Positions 39,848 to 48,693 are shown, numbered from the stretch's first letter. The stretch: 64,000 nucleotides of DNA from Actinomycetota bacterium (GCA_034669165.1 JAXDOC010000014.1:41110-105109); one strand, 5' to 3'. Notes: generated by a model not told the origin, from the letters alone. Program-made: numbers and translations.

Positions 39848-41242
39848 GTGGAGCTCTTCCTCTCCCGGCGGGAGCTCCTCACGGTCGATGCCTCGATCGA
39901 GGTTCTCGGCGTGCCCGAGCGGATGCCGTTCATCCTCGGCGACGACGGCTCCTACGACCTGCGCCTCAACCAGTTCCTCCGCGAGCTTCCGACCATGGGC
40001 GTGCGGGCCGAGAAGAGCTGGCTGGCCTACGCCCGGGACCTGCTCACCTGGATCCGCTTCCTCGCCGAGCGGCGCAGCCGGACGGTGTGGCTGGCCGAGC
40101 AGGCTGACGTCGCCGCCTTCCACCGGGCCCGGCGCCTCGGCCCGCCGGAGACGGCGGTGTCGTCGGGGACCTGGGACCGGGGCATAGCCACCCTCGACAA
40201 GTTCTACCGGTGGGCCGTCGCCCACGGCCACGTGGAGCGGCTCCCGTTCTCCTACCGGGCCCCTCGGGCGGCGGCGTTCCTGCCCGGCCGGCGCCATCCC
40301 GAGCCGGTGAACCTGGCCAAGGAGCGCCAGGGCCGGCGCCGCCCGCCTGGCTTCCTCTCGGTCGGCGACTACCTCGTCTTCCGCGACGTCGGCCTGCGCG
40401 GTCGCCTGCCCGACGGTTCGGCCGACCCCGCCTTCCGGGGCCGCAACGGCCACCGCAACGCGCTCTTCGCCGAGCTGCTCGTCACCACCGGCATGCGGCT
40501 CAGCGAGGCGGCAAGCTTGCTCCCGGTCGAGCTCCCGCCCCCGGGGTCGGCGAAGTCGGCGCTCCTCGAGCTGGCACCGGTGGTCTGCAAAGGCGGACGG
40601 GGGCGCACCGTGCGCGTCCCGGCGAGGGTGCTGCGCTCGATCAGCGGCTATGTCGACCTCGAACGGCAGAACGCCGTGCTGGGGCACCGCCCAGAGCCCG
40701 ACGGCGAGCCTCAGGTCGTCGGGGCCGACGCCCGGTCCTGCTGGGTGGCGGTGGAGGGCCGGCGCTTCCGGGTGCGCCTGGCCAGGATGACGCCGGCCCA
40801 CCGCCTGGCCGCGGTCGAGGTCGACGAGTCGGGCCGGCGGGCTCCGATGGCACTGTGGCTGGGCGAGGGCGGCGCGCCCGTCTCGCCCCGGGCCTGGGAG
40901 GCGGTCTTCCATCGGGCCAGCGCCCGATGCCGGGAACTGGGCCATGCGATCGACGCCAGCCCGCACACGCTGCGCCACACCTTCGCCGTCCACATGCTCT
41001 CGCTGCTCATCCGAGAGCAGATCGCCTCGGTCGAGGGAGCCGCTCCCGACCCCGCCACCGCTCCCTACCGGCGACTCCTGGGCGACCCTCTGCAGCACCT
41101 CCAGCGGCTGCTCGGACACCGCAGCGTCGCCACGACCTACATCTACCTGGACAGCCTGGCCGAGGCGCAATGGCTCGTCGACGACGCCATCGACCGCTGG
41201 TCCAGGGAGATCGGCCCCGAGGCCGGCGATGTCGTCGCCTAG
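39848..41242 (+). CDS. Tyrosine recombinase/integrase (trio gene 1, canonical catalytic motifs)
   Basis: 464 aa with TTGMRLSEAASL (Arg I), SPHTLRHTFAVHM (HxxR) and LLGHRSVATTYIYLD (His and catalytic Tyr). Confidence 0.9.
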   Translation: MELFLSRRELLTVDASIEVLGVPERMPFILGDDGSYDLRLNQFLRELPTMGVRAEKSWLAYARDLLTWIRFLAERRSRTVWLAEQADVAAFHRARRLGPPETAVSSGTWDRGIATLDKFYRWAVAHGHVERLPFSYRAPRAAAFLPGRRHPEPVNLAKERQGRRRPPGFLSVGDYLVFRDVGLRGRLPDGSADPAFRGRNGHRNALFAELLVTTGMRLSEAASLLPVELPPPGSAKSALLELAPVVCKGGRGRTVRVPARVLRSISGYVDLERQNAVLGHRPEPDGEPQVVGADARSCWVAVEGRRFRVRLARMTPAHRLAAVEVDESGRRAPMALWLGEGGAPVSPRAWEAVFHRASARCRELGHAIDASPHTLRHTFAVHMLSLLIREQIASVEGAAPDPATAPYRRLLGDPLQHLQRLLGHRSVATTYIYLDSLAEAQWLVDDAIDRWSREIGPEAGDVVA

Positions 41243-43070
41243 CCCGGCCGGCGTCAGTCGTGGTCGGAGGCGGGTCACCTTCGAGCCGGAGGCCGAGCCG
41301 GAGAAATCGAAGGTCACCTCGGTGGGCTTCGTGCGCCACACCCTGGTCTTCGACGAGGGCAAGACGCTCTCCCTCGACTACACCGGCCTGCCGTGTCCCC
41401 GGCTGGTCCGCCACCTGACCGCCGCCCTGGCCAGCCGGGCCGGCGTCGGCGGCGGGCACCTCACCATCGGGACGGGGCGGATGTACGGCAGCGCCATCCG
41501 GGCCTTCGTGCCCTTCATCGCCGGCCGCTACCCGGCCCGGGTGCGATCGTTCGACGCCAGCGATCTCACCGCCGCCGACATCGACGCCTTCGAGGAGGCG
41601 CAGCGAAGTCGTCTGCCGAGCGACAGTGGCACCCCTTACCTCCGCGTGGGCTCGGTGGTGCGGCTGCTGCGCGTCCTGGCCGAGGGCGGTCAGGTCGCCT
41701 TGCGAACCGACCTGCTGGCCCGCCTCGACTACGTGGCCAACGGCCTCAAGGGCCACTCCACCCCCCGGGACGCCTACAGCCCGGCGGAGACGTCGAGGCT
41801 CCGGGACGCCTGCCGGGCCGACGTCCTGGCCATCATCGAACGGCTCACCGTCACCGGCGAGCAGCGTCTGGCAACGGGTTGCGAGCCTGTCGGCCGTGGC
41901 TGGAGAGTGCCCGAGAACGTGATGTGGCACATCGATCGCCACGGCCCCGTGCGCGAAAGCGAGCTCCAGAAGCACCAGGGCCGTCTGAAAGTGGGCTTCC
42001 GCATCGCCGACCTGAACAAGCTGCTCTATCCGACGAGGGCGGACCTGGTGCCGTTCCTGCTGCTACTGGCGCTGGAGAGCGGCCTTGAGCTCGAGGCGTG
42101 CAAGGAGCTGCGGGCCGACTGCCTCGGCACGGCCACCGGCGGGCGGGTCGAGATCCACTACCGCAAGCGCCGGGCCGGGTCCTATCAGTGGCGGTCGTTG
42201 TGGGTCCGCGACGCCGGGATGTTCTCGCCCGGGCGGCTGGTCCGCATCGTGCTGCGCCTGACCAGCCGGGCCCGGGCCCATTCGGGTTCGGAGTGGCTGT
42301 GGCTCTCGGTGCACAATCCGCGCGTCACCCGCCCGACCTTCACCGTCGGATCGAGTCTCTTCACCAGCTTCGTCGCCCGTCACGGCCTGTGCGCCGACAG
42401 CGGGGACCCTCTGTCGCTGCAGCCCGTCCGGTTGCGCAAGACCTACAAGGCCGGGCGCTATCTCATCACCCAGGGTCAGCTTCCGGACTTCGCCGGCGGA
42501 AGCCACACCGAGACCGTCGCCGGCGACCACTACGGGGCCATCGAGGCCCTGCGGCCGTTCCACGAGGCGGCGATCGAGCGGGCCCTGCTCGAAGCCGTCG
42601 CCGTCGGCCGGGCCTGCAAGGTGGTCACGGCCGAGCAGGAGACGGAGCTGGCCGCCGACCCGGCGCTGGGCAGTGAGGTGCTCGGTGTCGCACCGGCGGA
42701 GGTCCAAGCGTTCCTGGGGGGGGAGCAGGACGTCTGGCTGTCGAGCTGCCGGGACTTCTTCGATTCGCCCTTCGGGACTCCGGGCTCGGCCTGCCCCACC
42801 CCGTTCTGGGCCTGCCTGGGGTGCTCCAACGCCGTCATCACGACCCGGAAGCTTCCTGCCCTGCTGTCGTTCCTGGCCCACATGGTCGAAGCGAGGACCA
42901 GGATGGCGGCCGAGCCCTGGGCCGCCACCTACGGCGAGGCACACCGCCTGCTCACCGAACACGTCCTGCCCCGATTCCCGCCGGCGGTGATCGCCGCCGC
43001 CCAGGCTGCGGCCAGTGTGGAGCCCAGCCTCGTCTATCTCCCACCGCAACTGCGAGTGGGCCGACCGTGA
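41229..43070 (+). CDS. Large tyrosine-recombinase-family protein (trio gene 2, degenerate motifs)
   Basis: 613 aa. The ATG at 41229 overlaps gene 1 by 14 nt. Box-II-like segments are LQPVRLRKTYKAG and GSHTETVAGDHYGAI. The C-terminal Cys cluster is CPTPFWACLGCSNAVIT. Confidence 0.7.
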   Translation: MSSPSPAGVSRGRRRVTFEPEAEPEKSKVTSVGFVRHTLVFDEGKTLSLDYTGLPCPRLVRHLTAALASRAGVGGGHLTIGTGRMYGSAIRAFVPFIAGRYPARVRSFDASDLTAADIDAFEEAQRSRLPSDSGTPYLRVGSVVRLLRVLAEGGQVALRTDLLARLDYVANGLKGHSTPRDAYSPAETSRLRDACRADVLAIIERLTVTGEQRLATGCEPVGRGWRVPENVMWHIDRHGPVRESELQKHQGRLKVGFRIADLNKLLYPTRADLVPFLLLLALESGLELEACKELRADCLGTATGGRVEIHYRKRRAGSYQWRSLWVRDAGMFSPGRLVRIVLRLTSRARAHSGSEWLWLSVHNPRVTRPTFTVGSSLFTSFVARHGLCADSGDPLSLQPVRLRKTYKAGRYLITQGQLPDFAGGSHTETVAGDHYGAIEALRPFHEAAIERALLEAVAVGRACKVVTAEQETELAADPALGSEVLGVAPAEVQAFLGGEQDVWLSSCRDFFDSPFGTPGSACPTPFWACLGCSNAVITTRKLPALLSFLAHMVEARTRMAAEPWAATYGEAHRLLTEHVLPRFPPAVIAAAQAAASVEPSLVYLPPQLRVGRP

Positions 43071-45211
43071 CCGTCGTCCGCCCGACACCCGTCACGCCGG
43101 CGACATCGCCCCACTACCTTCCCGACGCACCCGTGCTGCGCGGCCGCCTGCTGGGCGATTCCGCCCTTCCCGCCTTCCGCCGCGGACGTGGACTGCCCGA
43201 CGATCGGCCACCGGTCTTCGGCGACGACGTGTGGCCTCTGGGCTGGGCCCACACCCGCCGCAACGTCGAGCCATCGACGCTGCTGGTCGACTTTCGTGGC
43301 ATCGAGGCGCCCGTGCGGCGGCTGACGGCGAAGGAGTATCTCTACGCCCGGCTCAACGAGCGGGTGATGGGGATCAAGTGCACCCTCCCTGTCCAGATAG
43401 TCCGCCAGGAGCTCAATTTCCTCCTCGCCTTCTTCGCCTTTCTCGACAACCAGCAGGGGGCTATGGCGCTGGGCGAAGTGGACCAGGAGGTGCTCGACGC
43501 CTACCGCCTGTGGTGTCAGGCCGGCACGAGCGGCAGGGGCGCCCCGATCGGGGCCGCCGCGGTGGCGAGCTACATCTCCGTCACCATCCGCCTGGCCCTT
43601 TGCGGCGAGTTCCTGAGCCAGGACCGCCTGCAGATCATGCCGTGGCGTGGGCGGTCGGCCTACGTCGTCGCCGGAGTGGTGGAGCGGACCGAGAACGCCA
43701 CCCCCCGCATCCCTGAGGCGGTGCTGGGGGCGCTGCTGCGCTGGGCGCTGTTCTATGTGGAGGTCGCCGCCACGGACATCCTGGCGGCGAGCAACGAGCT
43801 CGCCCAGCTGGAGGCCCGCCTGAGGACTCCCCCGGGCCCGTCAGCCCAGCTATCGGCCTGGATCGAGACCCGACGGGCAGCCGGACGGGGAATCCCCGCT
43901 CTGGCGGTGAAGGGGGATGGCGCGTCGGAGCGACGGCTGTCAGCCAACACCAACCTCGTCCGCCGGATGGCGGGTCTGCCGGGTCGCTCTCTCGACTCTG
44001 ACTGCTGCCAACGGATGCTGAGGGACGCCGTCAACGAGTTGGGACTCGAGCTGGGGGGCCTCGACACCGCGGTCTCGCCGGACCCGTCGACCGGTCGGCC
44101 ATGGCGATCGCCCTTCACTCCCAAAGACCTGCGCGTTGAGCGACGAATGGTGCAGGCCGCCTGCTACATCGTGTGCGCCTACCTGTCGGGCATGCGGGAC
44201 TCCGAGCTGCAGGAGCTGCGCCGGGGCTGCCACGTCGTCCAGCGCAGCGCCGACGGCGTGATCGGCCACCACAAGCTGCGTGGCCAGGTGTTCAAAGGTC
44301 GCGGCGCTCAGGGCGAGGAGGCGTCCTGGGTCGTGATCGACCCGGTCGTGCGGGCGGTGGAGGTCCTCGAGGCCATGCACTCCCACGACCATCTGCTCAC
44401 CTCCCCGAGCCACGACGTCTACCCCAGCCCGGCCGTCCGGTCGGGCGATCTCACCGGAGGCGCCAGACTCGGCCCCTCGGTGGTGAGGCTCATCAACGAG
44501 TTCCGGGATCATCTCAACGCCACCCAGGGCGAGGGGGGTGAGGCCGCCGTCCCCGACCACGAGGGCCGGCCGTGGCACTTCACCACCGGCCAGTTCCGCC
44601 GCACGCTGGCATGGCACATCGCCCACCAGCCCTTCGGAATCGTCGCCGGCATGCTCCAGTATCAGCACGTGTCGGTGGCGACCTTCGAGGGCTACGTTGG
44701 CCAGAGCCCCTCCGGGTTCCAGCGGGAGGTGGAGGCCGAACGCAGGCTCGCGGCCCTCGACGACCTGGTCGACGACTACCGGGACCATCTGGCGGGCCTG
44801 CCGTCGACGGGTGGGGGTGCGGCCAAGCGCAACGCCGTGTTCGCCCACGTTCACGACAGTCTCGACGACTCAGGGCCGGTGGTCGACGACGCCCGCTTGC
44901 GGGCCATGCTCAAGCACGCGGCCCGGACGCTCTACCCCGGGGTCCTCAACGACTGCTTCTTCGAGCGCGACGGCGCGCTGTGCCTCCGATCCTTCGGCGA
45001 GGGCGCCAACGAGCCGCTGCTCCCGCTCTGCCAGCCCAACCGCTGCGGCAACTCCGTCATCACCGACGGCCACGTCACGAGCTGGAAGCACGCCATCGGC
45101 GAGGTCAGAGTCCACCTCCGCCAGAAGGACCTGAGCCAGAACCAGCGCCACGCCCTGAAAGCCAAGCTCTCCGAGATGGAGGCGGCCATCGCTCCGCTCG
45201 ACCAGCCGTGA
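43067..45211 (+). CDS. Large tyrosine-recombinase-family protein (trio gene 3)
   Basis: 714 aa. The GTG at 43067 overlaps the gene 2 stop (GTGA). Motifs are YLSGMRDSELQEL (Arg I-like), TTGQFRRTLAWHIA, and LQYQHVSVATFEGYVG (His/Tyr). The C-terminal Cys cluster is CFFERDGALC...CQPNRCGNSVIT. Confidence 0.8.
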   Translation: MTVVRPTPVTPATSPHYLPDAPVLRGRLLGDSALPAFRRGRGLPDDRPPVFGDDVWPLGWAHTRRNVEPSTLLVDFRGIEAPVRRLTAKEYLYARLNERVMGIKCTLPVQIVRQELNFLLAFFAFLDNQQGAMALGEVDQEVLDAYRLWCQAGTSGRGAPIGAAAVASYISVTIRLALCGEFLSQDRLQIMPWRGRSAYVVAGVVERTENATPRIPEAVLGALLRWALFYVEVAATDILAASNELAQLEARLRTPPGPSAQLSAWIETRRAAGRGIPALAVKGDGASERRLSANTNLVRRMAGLPGRSLDSDCCQRMLRDAVNELGLELGGLDTAVSPDPSTGRPWRSPFTPKDLRVERRMVQAACYIVCAYLSGMRDSELQELRRGCHVVQRSADGVIGHHKLRGQVFKGRGAQGEEASWVVIDPVVRAVEVLEAMHSHDHLLTSPSHDVYPSPAVRSGDLTGGARLGPSVVRLINEFRDHLNATQGEGGEAAVPDHEGRPWHFTTGQFRRTLAWHIAHQPFGIVAGMLQYQHVSVATFEGYVGQSPSGFQREVEAERRLAALDDLVDDYRDHLAGLPSTGGGAAKRNAVFAHVHDSLDDSGPVVDDARLRAMLKHAARTLYPGVLNDCFFERDGALCLRSFGEGANEPLLPLCQPNRCGNSVITDGHVTSWKHAIGEVRVHLRQKDLSQNQRHALKAKLSEMEAAIAPLDQP

Positions 45212-45624
45212 GCAGCGTCAGCCCGGCCGCCGAGCAGGCGCTGCAGGAAGCCCTGGGCCGTCTCGGCGAGGGCCGACCGCTGCGATCCGACGGCGCCCTC
45301 ACCGTCTCGGGCCTGGCCGTCGAGGCGGGCGTCAGCCGGTCGACGGCCAACCGGGCCAGCACCGTCCTGGCCGCCCTGCGAGCGTTGCGGTCGGCCGCTG
45401 AGTCCCGGCCCACGCCCGCCAGCCCTGCCAGTGACGAGCGGACGGCTCGCATCGAGATGGAGCTCCTGCGCCGGGCCCACGGGCAGCGGGTGGCGGCGCT
45501 GGAGGCCTCGATCGACACCCTCGCTCAGCACGTTCAGGTGCTCACCCTCGACAATGAGCGGCTGAGGAGGACCGTTGCAACGTATGCAGGGAACGTGACG
45601 CCGATGAAGGACGCCGAGCCGTGA
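45208..45624 (+). CDS. Small HTH plus coiled-coil protein (TnpC-like position)
   Basis: 138 aa. The GTG overlaps the gene 3 stop (GTGA). It has an HTH-like segment LTVSGLAVEAGVSRSTANRA and a C-terminal heptad-like region (IEMELLRRAHGQRVAALEASIDTLAQHVQVLTLDNERLRR). Confidence 0.65.
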   Translation: MSSVSPAAEQALQEALGRLGEGRPLRSDGALTVSGLAVEAGVSRSTANRASTVLAALRALRSAAESRPTPASPASDERTARIEMELLRRAHGQRVAALEASIDTLAQHVQVLTLDNERLRRTVATYAGNVTPMKDAEP

Positions 45625-46643
45625 CCGAAGCCGAAGCCTCGGGCTCGCCCCCGCGCCTGCTCCCAATGCTCGCCGGCGGCAGCGGCTTCCCGACCAACCC
45701 CGACGCCTTTCAACTAGAGCCCAAGCTGGATGGCCAGAGGGTGATCGGGATCAGCGAACCCGCCGGCGTTACCTTGCTGAACCGTCGGGGCGGCGAGATC
45801 ACCGCCACCTATCCCGAGCTGGCCGGGCTGGCCGAGGCCCTGGCGCCGCACTCGGCCGTGCTCGACGGCGAGATGGTCACGTTCAACGAGAAGGGCCAGA
45901 CCAGCTTCCAGCGCCTCCAACGGAGGATGCACGTCAAGCAGCCGACGGCCCGTCTGCTCGCCGATACGCCGGTGTCGTTCGTCGTGTTCGACGTGCTGTG
46001 GCTCGACGGGGAGCTGCTCGTCGACCGCTCGCAGTCCGAGCGGCGGACGATCCTCGACGGCCTCGGGATCAAGGGACGGGCGTGGCAGACCGCCCCCGTC
46101 CTCGCCGCCACTCCCGAGGAGCTGATGGACGCCTGCCGTCAGCTCGGCCTCGAGGGATTCATGGCGAAACGACGCGACGCGCCCTACCTTGTCGGCCGCC
46201 GGTCGTCGGCCTGGTCGAAGATCAAGTGCGGCCGCCGACGGGAGTTCGTGGTCGGCGGGTGGTCCACCGGGAGCGGCTCCCGGGAGACCAGCATCGGTTC
46301 CCTGGCCCTTGGCGTCTATGACGTGACTCCCGAGGAGGCGGAGCGCGAAGGGCGGCCGCCGCGCCTCTTCTATACCGGCCAGGCCGGCTCGGGCCTCAAC
46401 GAGGAGATGATCCAGCGGCTCACCCGTCTCTTCGCCGAGATCGAGGAGCCGACGCCCGCGTTCGTCAACCCGCCGAGGGCGCCGCTCCATTGGGTCCGGC
46501 CCATGCTGGTCGTCGAGATCGCCTACACCGAGGTCACCGACGGCGGAACCCTTCGCCAGCCCTCGATCAAGGGCCTCCGGACCGATGTCATCGCCGACGA
46601 GGTGACGTTCGACGACGAGCTGGCGACGTGTTTCTCGAGGTGA
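45621..46643 (+). CDS. ATP-dependent DNA ligase, ligase-domain only (LigD-LigDom/LigC-like), element-borne and intact
   Basis: 340 aa. The GTG overlaps the upstream stop (GTGA). The EPKLDGQR adenylation motif, FDVLWLDGE, EGFMAKR, WSKIKC and an OB-fold C-terminus are present. Confidence 0.9.
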   Translation: MTEAEASGSPPRLLPMLAGGSGFPTNPDAFQLEPKLDGQRVIGISEPAGVTLLNRRGGEITATYPELAGLAEALAPHSAVLDGEMVTFNEKGQTSFQRLQRRMHVKQPTARLLADTPVSFVVFDVLWLDGELLVDRSQSERRTILDGLGIKGRAWQTAPVLAATPEELMDACRQLGLEGFMAKRRDAPYLVGRRSSAWSKIKCGRRREFVVGGWSTGSGSRETSIGSLALGVYDVTPEEAEREGRPPRLFYTGQAGSGLNEEMIQRLTRLFAEIEEPTPAFVNPPRAPLHWVRPMLVVEIAYTEVTDGGTLRQPSIKGLRTDVIADEVTFDDELATCFSR

Positions 46644-46713
46644 CTATCCCCTTGGCCCGCGTCGTCGTTCATCCTGGAGGCGTGACCAAACTCACCCTGG
46701 GCCCCCCTTTGAG

Positions 46714-47070
46714 ATGAGCACGCCGCATGGCGACTTCCCTCGAGTGATGAAGGCGCTGGCGAACGCGCCCATCGGGACGCTCCGGGAGCTCCTCTTCAGG
46801 ATCTGCGTTATGGCCCTGGTATGCACCGTTTGGCTTGCGCGCACCTGGGCTGGAGCCATTTTCGGAACGCTGATCTTCGTGATGGCGCTGGTGGGGGGCC
46901 GCGCCGCACAACTACGAGCGGAGCAAGACGGCCGTGTTGAGCAGGAGCGGCTGCAGCAGGAAAAGTTCCGGTCCAAGGTCCACGGATGGGCCGCGGGGAC
47001 CCGCATCATGTTCTTCTTGTTCGTCCTCGGATTCCTGGCGTGGATGGTGTTCGACCTCTTCGCGGCGTGA
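46714..47070 (+). CDS. Small membrane protein (element right arm)
   Basis: 118 aa with three hydrophobic helices, in a less GC-rich region. Confidence 0.5.
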   Translation: MSTPHGDFPRVMKALANAPIGTLRELLFRICVMALVCTVWLARTWAGAIFGTLIFVMALVGGRAAQLRAEQDGRVEQERLQQEKFRSKVHGWAAGTRIMFFLFVLGFLAWMVFDLFAA

Positions 47071-47080
47071 TCATGGGACC

Positions 47081-47129
47081 GGGCTCTCTGACACACCTGT
47101 CCCTGGTGACACACGACTGTGCGGATAAC
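47081..47129. repeat. Right terminal inverted repeat of the element
   Basis: The reverse complement is GTTATCCGCACAGTCGTGTGTCACCAGGGACAGGTGTGTCAGAGAGCCC. It matches the left-end blocks TCCGCACAG and TGTGTC(T)CAGAG. Confidence 0.55.
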
Positions 47130-48050
47130 GACGGCCAGCGCATCATCGCCGTCGTGGAGGACGGCCACGTCGTCCTCGTCAACCGGCGGGGCCTGGAGGC
47201 CACCGCCACCTTCCCCGAGCTGGAAGGCATGGCCGGCGCCCTCGCCCCCCACGCGGTCGTCCTCGACGGGGAGGTGGTGGCGTTCAACGAGAAGGGCCAG
47301 ACCAGCTTCCAGCGCCTGCAGCGGCGGATGCACGTCGTCCAGCCGACGTCCCGGCTCCTGGCCGACACGCCCGTGTCCTTCGTCGCCTTCGACGTCCTCT
47401 GGCTCGACGGCGAGCTCCTCGTCGACCTCCCCCAATCCGAGCGCCGCCGGATCCTCGACGGGCTCGGGCTGAAAGGCCGGGCCTGGCAGACGGCGCCCGT
47501 CCTCGACGCCACGCCGGCCGAGCTGGTCGACGCGTGCCGCGAGGCGGGCCTGGAGGGGTTCATGGCCAAGCGGGTCGACGCCCCCTACCTCCCCGGCCGG
47601 CGCTCCACCGCGTGGTCGAAGATCAAGTGCGGCCGGCGGCGGGAGTTCGTGGTCGGCGGGTGGTCGACCGGCACCGGTTCGAGGGAGTCGAGCATCGGGT
47701 CGCTCGCCCTCGGCGCCTTCGACGTGACCCCCGACGAGGCCGAGGTCGCCGGCCGCCAGCAGCGGCTTTTCTACGTCGGTCAGGCCGGGTCCGGGCTCAA
47801 CGAGGACATGATCCGCCAGCTCACCCGCCTCTTCGCCCAGATCGAGGAGCCGCTCAGCCCGTTCGTCAACCCGCCCCGGGCCAAGCTCCACTGGGTTCGC
47901 CCGCTGCTCGTGGTCGAGGTCGCCTACACCGAGGTCACCGAGGCGGGCACCCTCCGCCAGCCGTCGATCAAGGGCCTGCGCACCGACGTCATCGCCACCG
48001 ACGTGACCTGGGACGACGAGTTGGCCGAGGCCTTCGCCGGGCGCACCTAG
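47130..48050 (+). pseudogene. 3' portion (from DGQR of the KxDG motif to the stop) of the disrupted chromosomal ATP-dependent DNA ligase
   Basis: It reads DGQRIIAVVEDGHVVLVNRRG... to the stop. It is collinear and gap-free with residues after KLDG of the element ligase. It has no N-terminal LLPMLA...FEPK segment of its own. Confidence 0.85.
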
Positions 48051-48129
48051 GCCGAAAAGGCGTTTCCCGGTGGGCTTCCGGGGAAGGAAAGCACTCAGAG
48101 CAAGGCGGGGATCACGAAGGGAGAAGGGT

Positions 48130-48360
48130 TTGTCGAATGGCGCCCATGAACTGAGCCTGGAAGACCTCGAAGCGGAGGAAGCCACCGCGCTCCCCGAGCG
48201 GGAGGCCATGTCGAAGGTCCACCTCGGCGCGGGGTTGGGCATCGACAACTTCGCCATGCCGATCAACGAGGCCACGGCCATGAACATCAACTCGACGGAC
48301 GCCGTCGCCATCGCCGACGCCGACCAGATCGTCATCATCACCCAAGCCGACGTGGACTAG
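48130..48360 (+). CDS. Small acidic peptide, paralog 1 (leader-like N-terminus plus Ala/Asp/Asn/Ile-rich C-terminus)
   Basis: A TTG start at 48130 is preceded by GAAGGGAGAAGGG. The sequence is LSNGAHELSLEDLEAEEATALPEREAMS-KVHLGAGLGIDNFAMPINEATAMNINSTDAVAIADADQIVIITQADVD. Confidence 0.6.
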   Translation: MSNGAHELSLEDLEAEEATALPEREAMSKVHLGAGLGIDNFAMPINEATAMNINSTDAVAIADADQIVIITQADVD

Positions 48361-48372
48361 GAGGACGAACCC

Positions 48373-48693
48373 ATGAGCCAGACCCAGAAGCCCGAGATGT
48401 CCCTCGAGGAGATGGACGAGGAGTCCGCCGCCGCTCTCCCCGACCGGGAGGCGATGTCGCTGCTCGACCTTGCCCTCAACCTCGACCTGGCCCTCGACCT
48501 GGCCGCACCGGTCGACGCGGCGGTCGCCGCCAACGCCAACGTGGCCGCCCCGATCGACGCGGCCGTGGCCGCCAACATCGCCTCCGTCGGGTCGGAGGCC
48601 ACCGCCGTCGCCGACCAGGACTCCGTGATCATCCAGGAGCTCGACGGCACGGCCATCGCCAACGCCACCCAGGGCGCCACCATCGAGCAGTAG
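48373..48693 (+). CDS. Small acidic repeat peptide, paralog 2
   Basis: AGGAGG lies upstream. The sequence is MSQTQKPEMSLEEMDEESAAALPDREAMS-LLDLALNLDLALDLAAPVDAAVAANANVAAPIDAAVAANIASVGSEATAVADQDSVIIQELDGTAIANATQGATIEQ. Confidence 0.7.
   Translation: MSQTQKPEMSLEEMDEESAAALPDREAMSLLDLALNLDLALDLAAPVDAAVAANANVAAPIDAAVAANIASVGSEATAVADQDSVIIQELDGTAIANATQGATIEQ

Larger units (their letters stand above)
37767..47129 (+). mobile_element. Integrative element with a tyrosine-recombinase trio (RIT/Tn554-like organisation) plus a cargo ligase, inserted in a ligase gene
   Basis: The flanks re-join into one 336-codon ligase ORF. The termini are imperfect inverted repeats. Three adjacent recombinase-family genes are present. 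The left arm is visibly less GC-rich than its surroundings. Confidence 0.8.
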
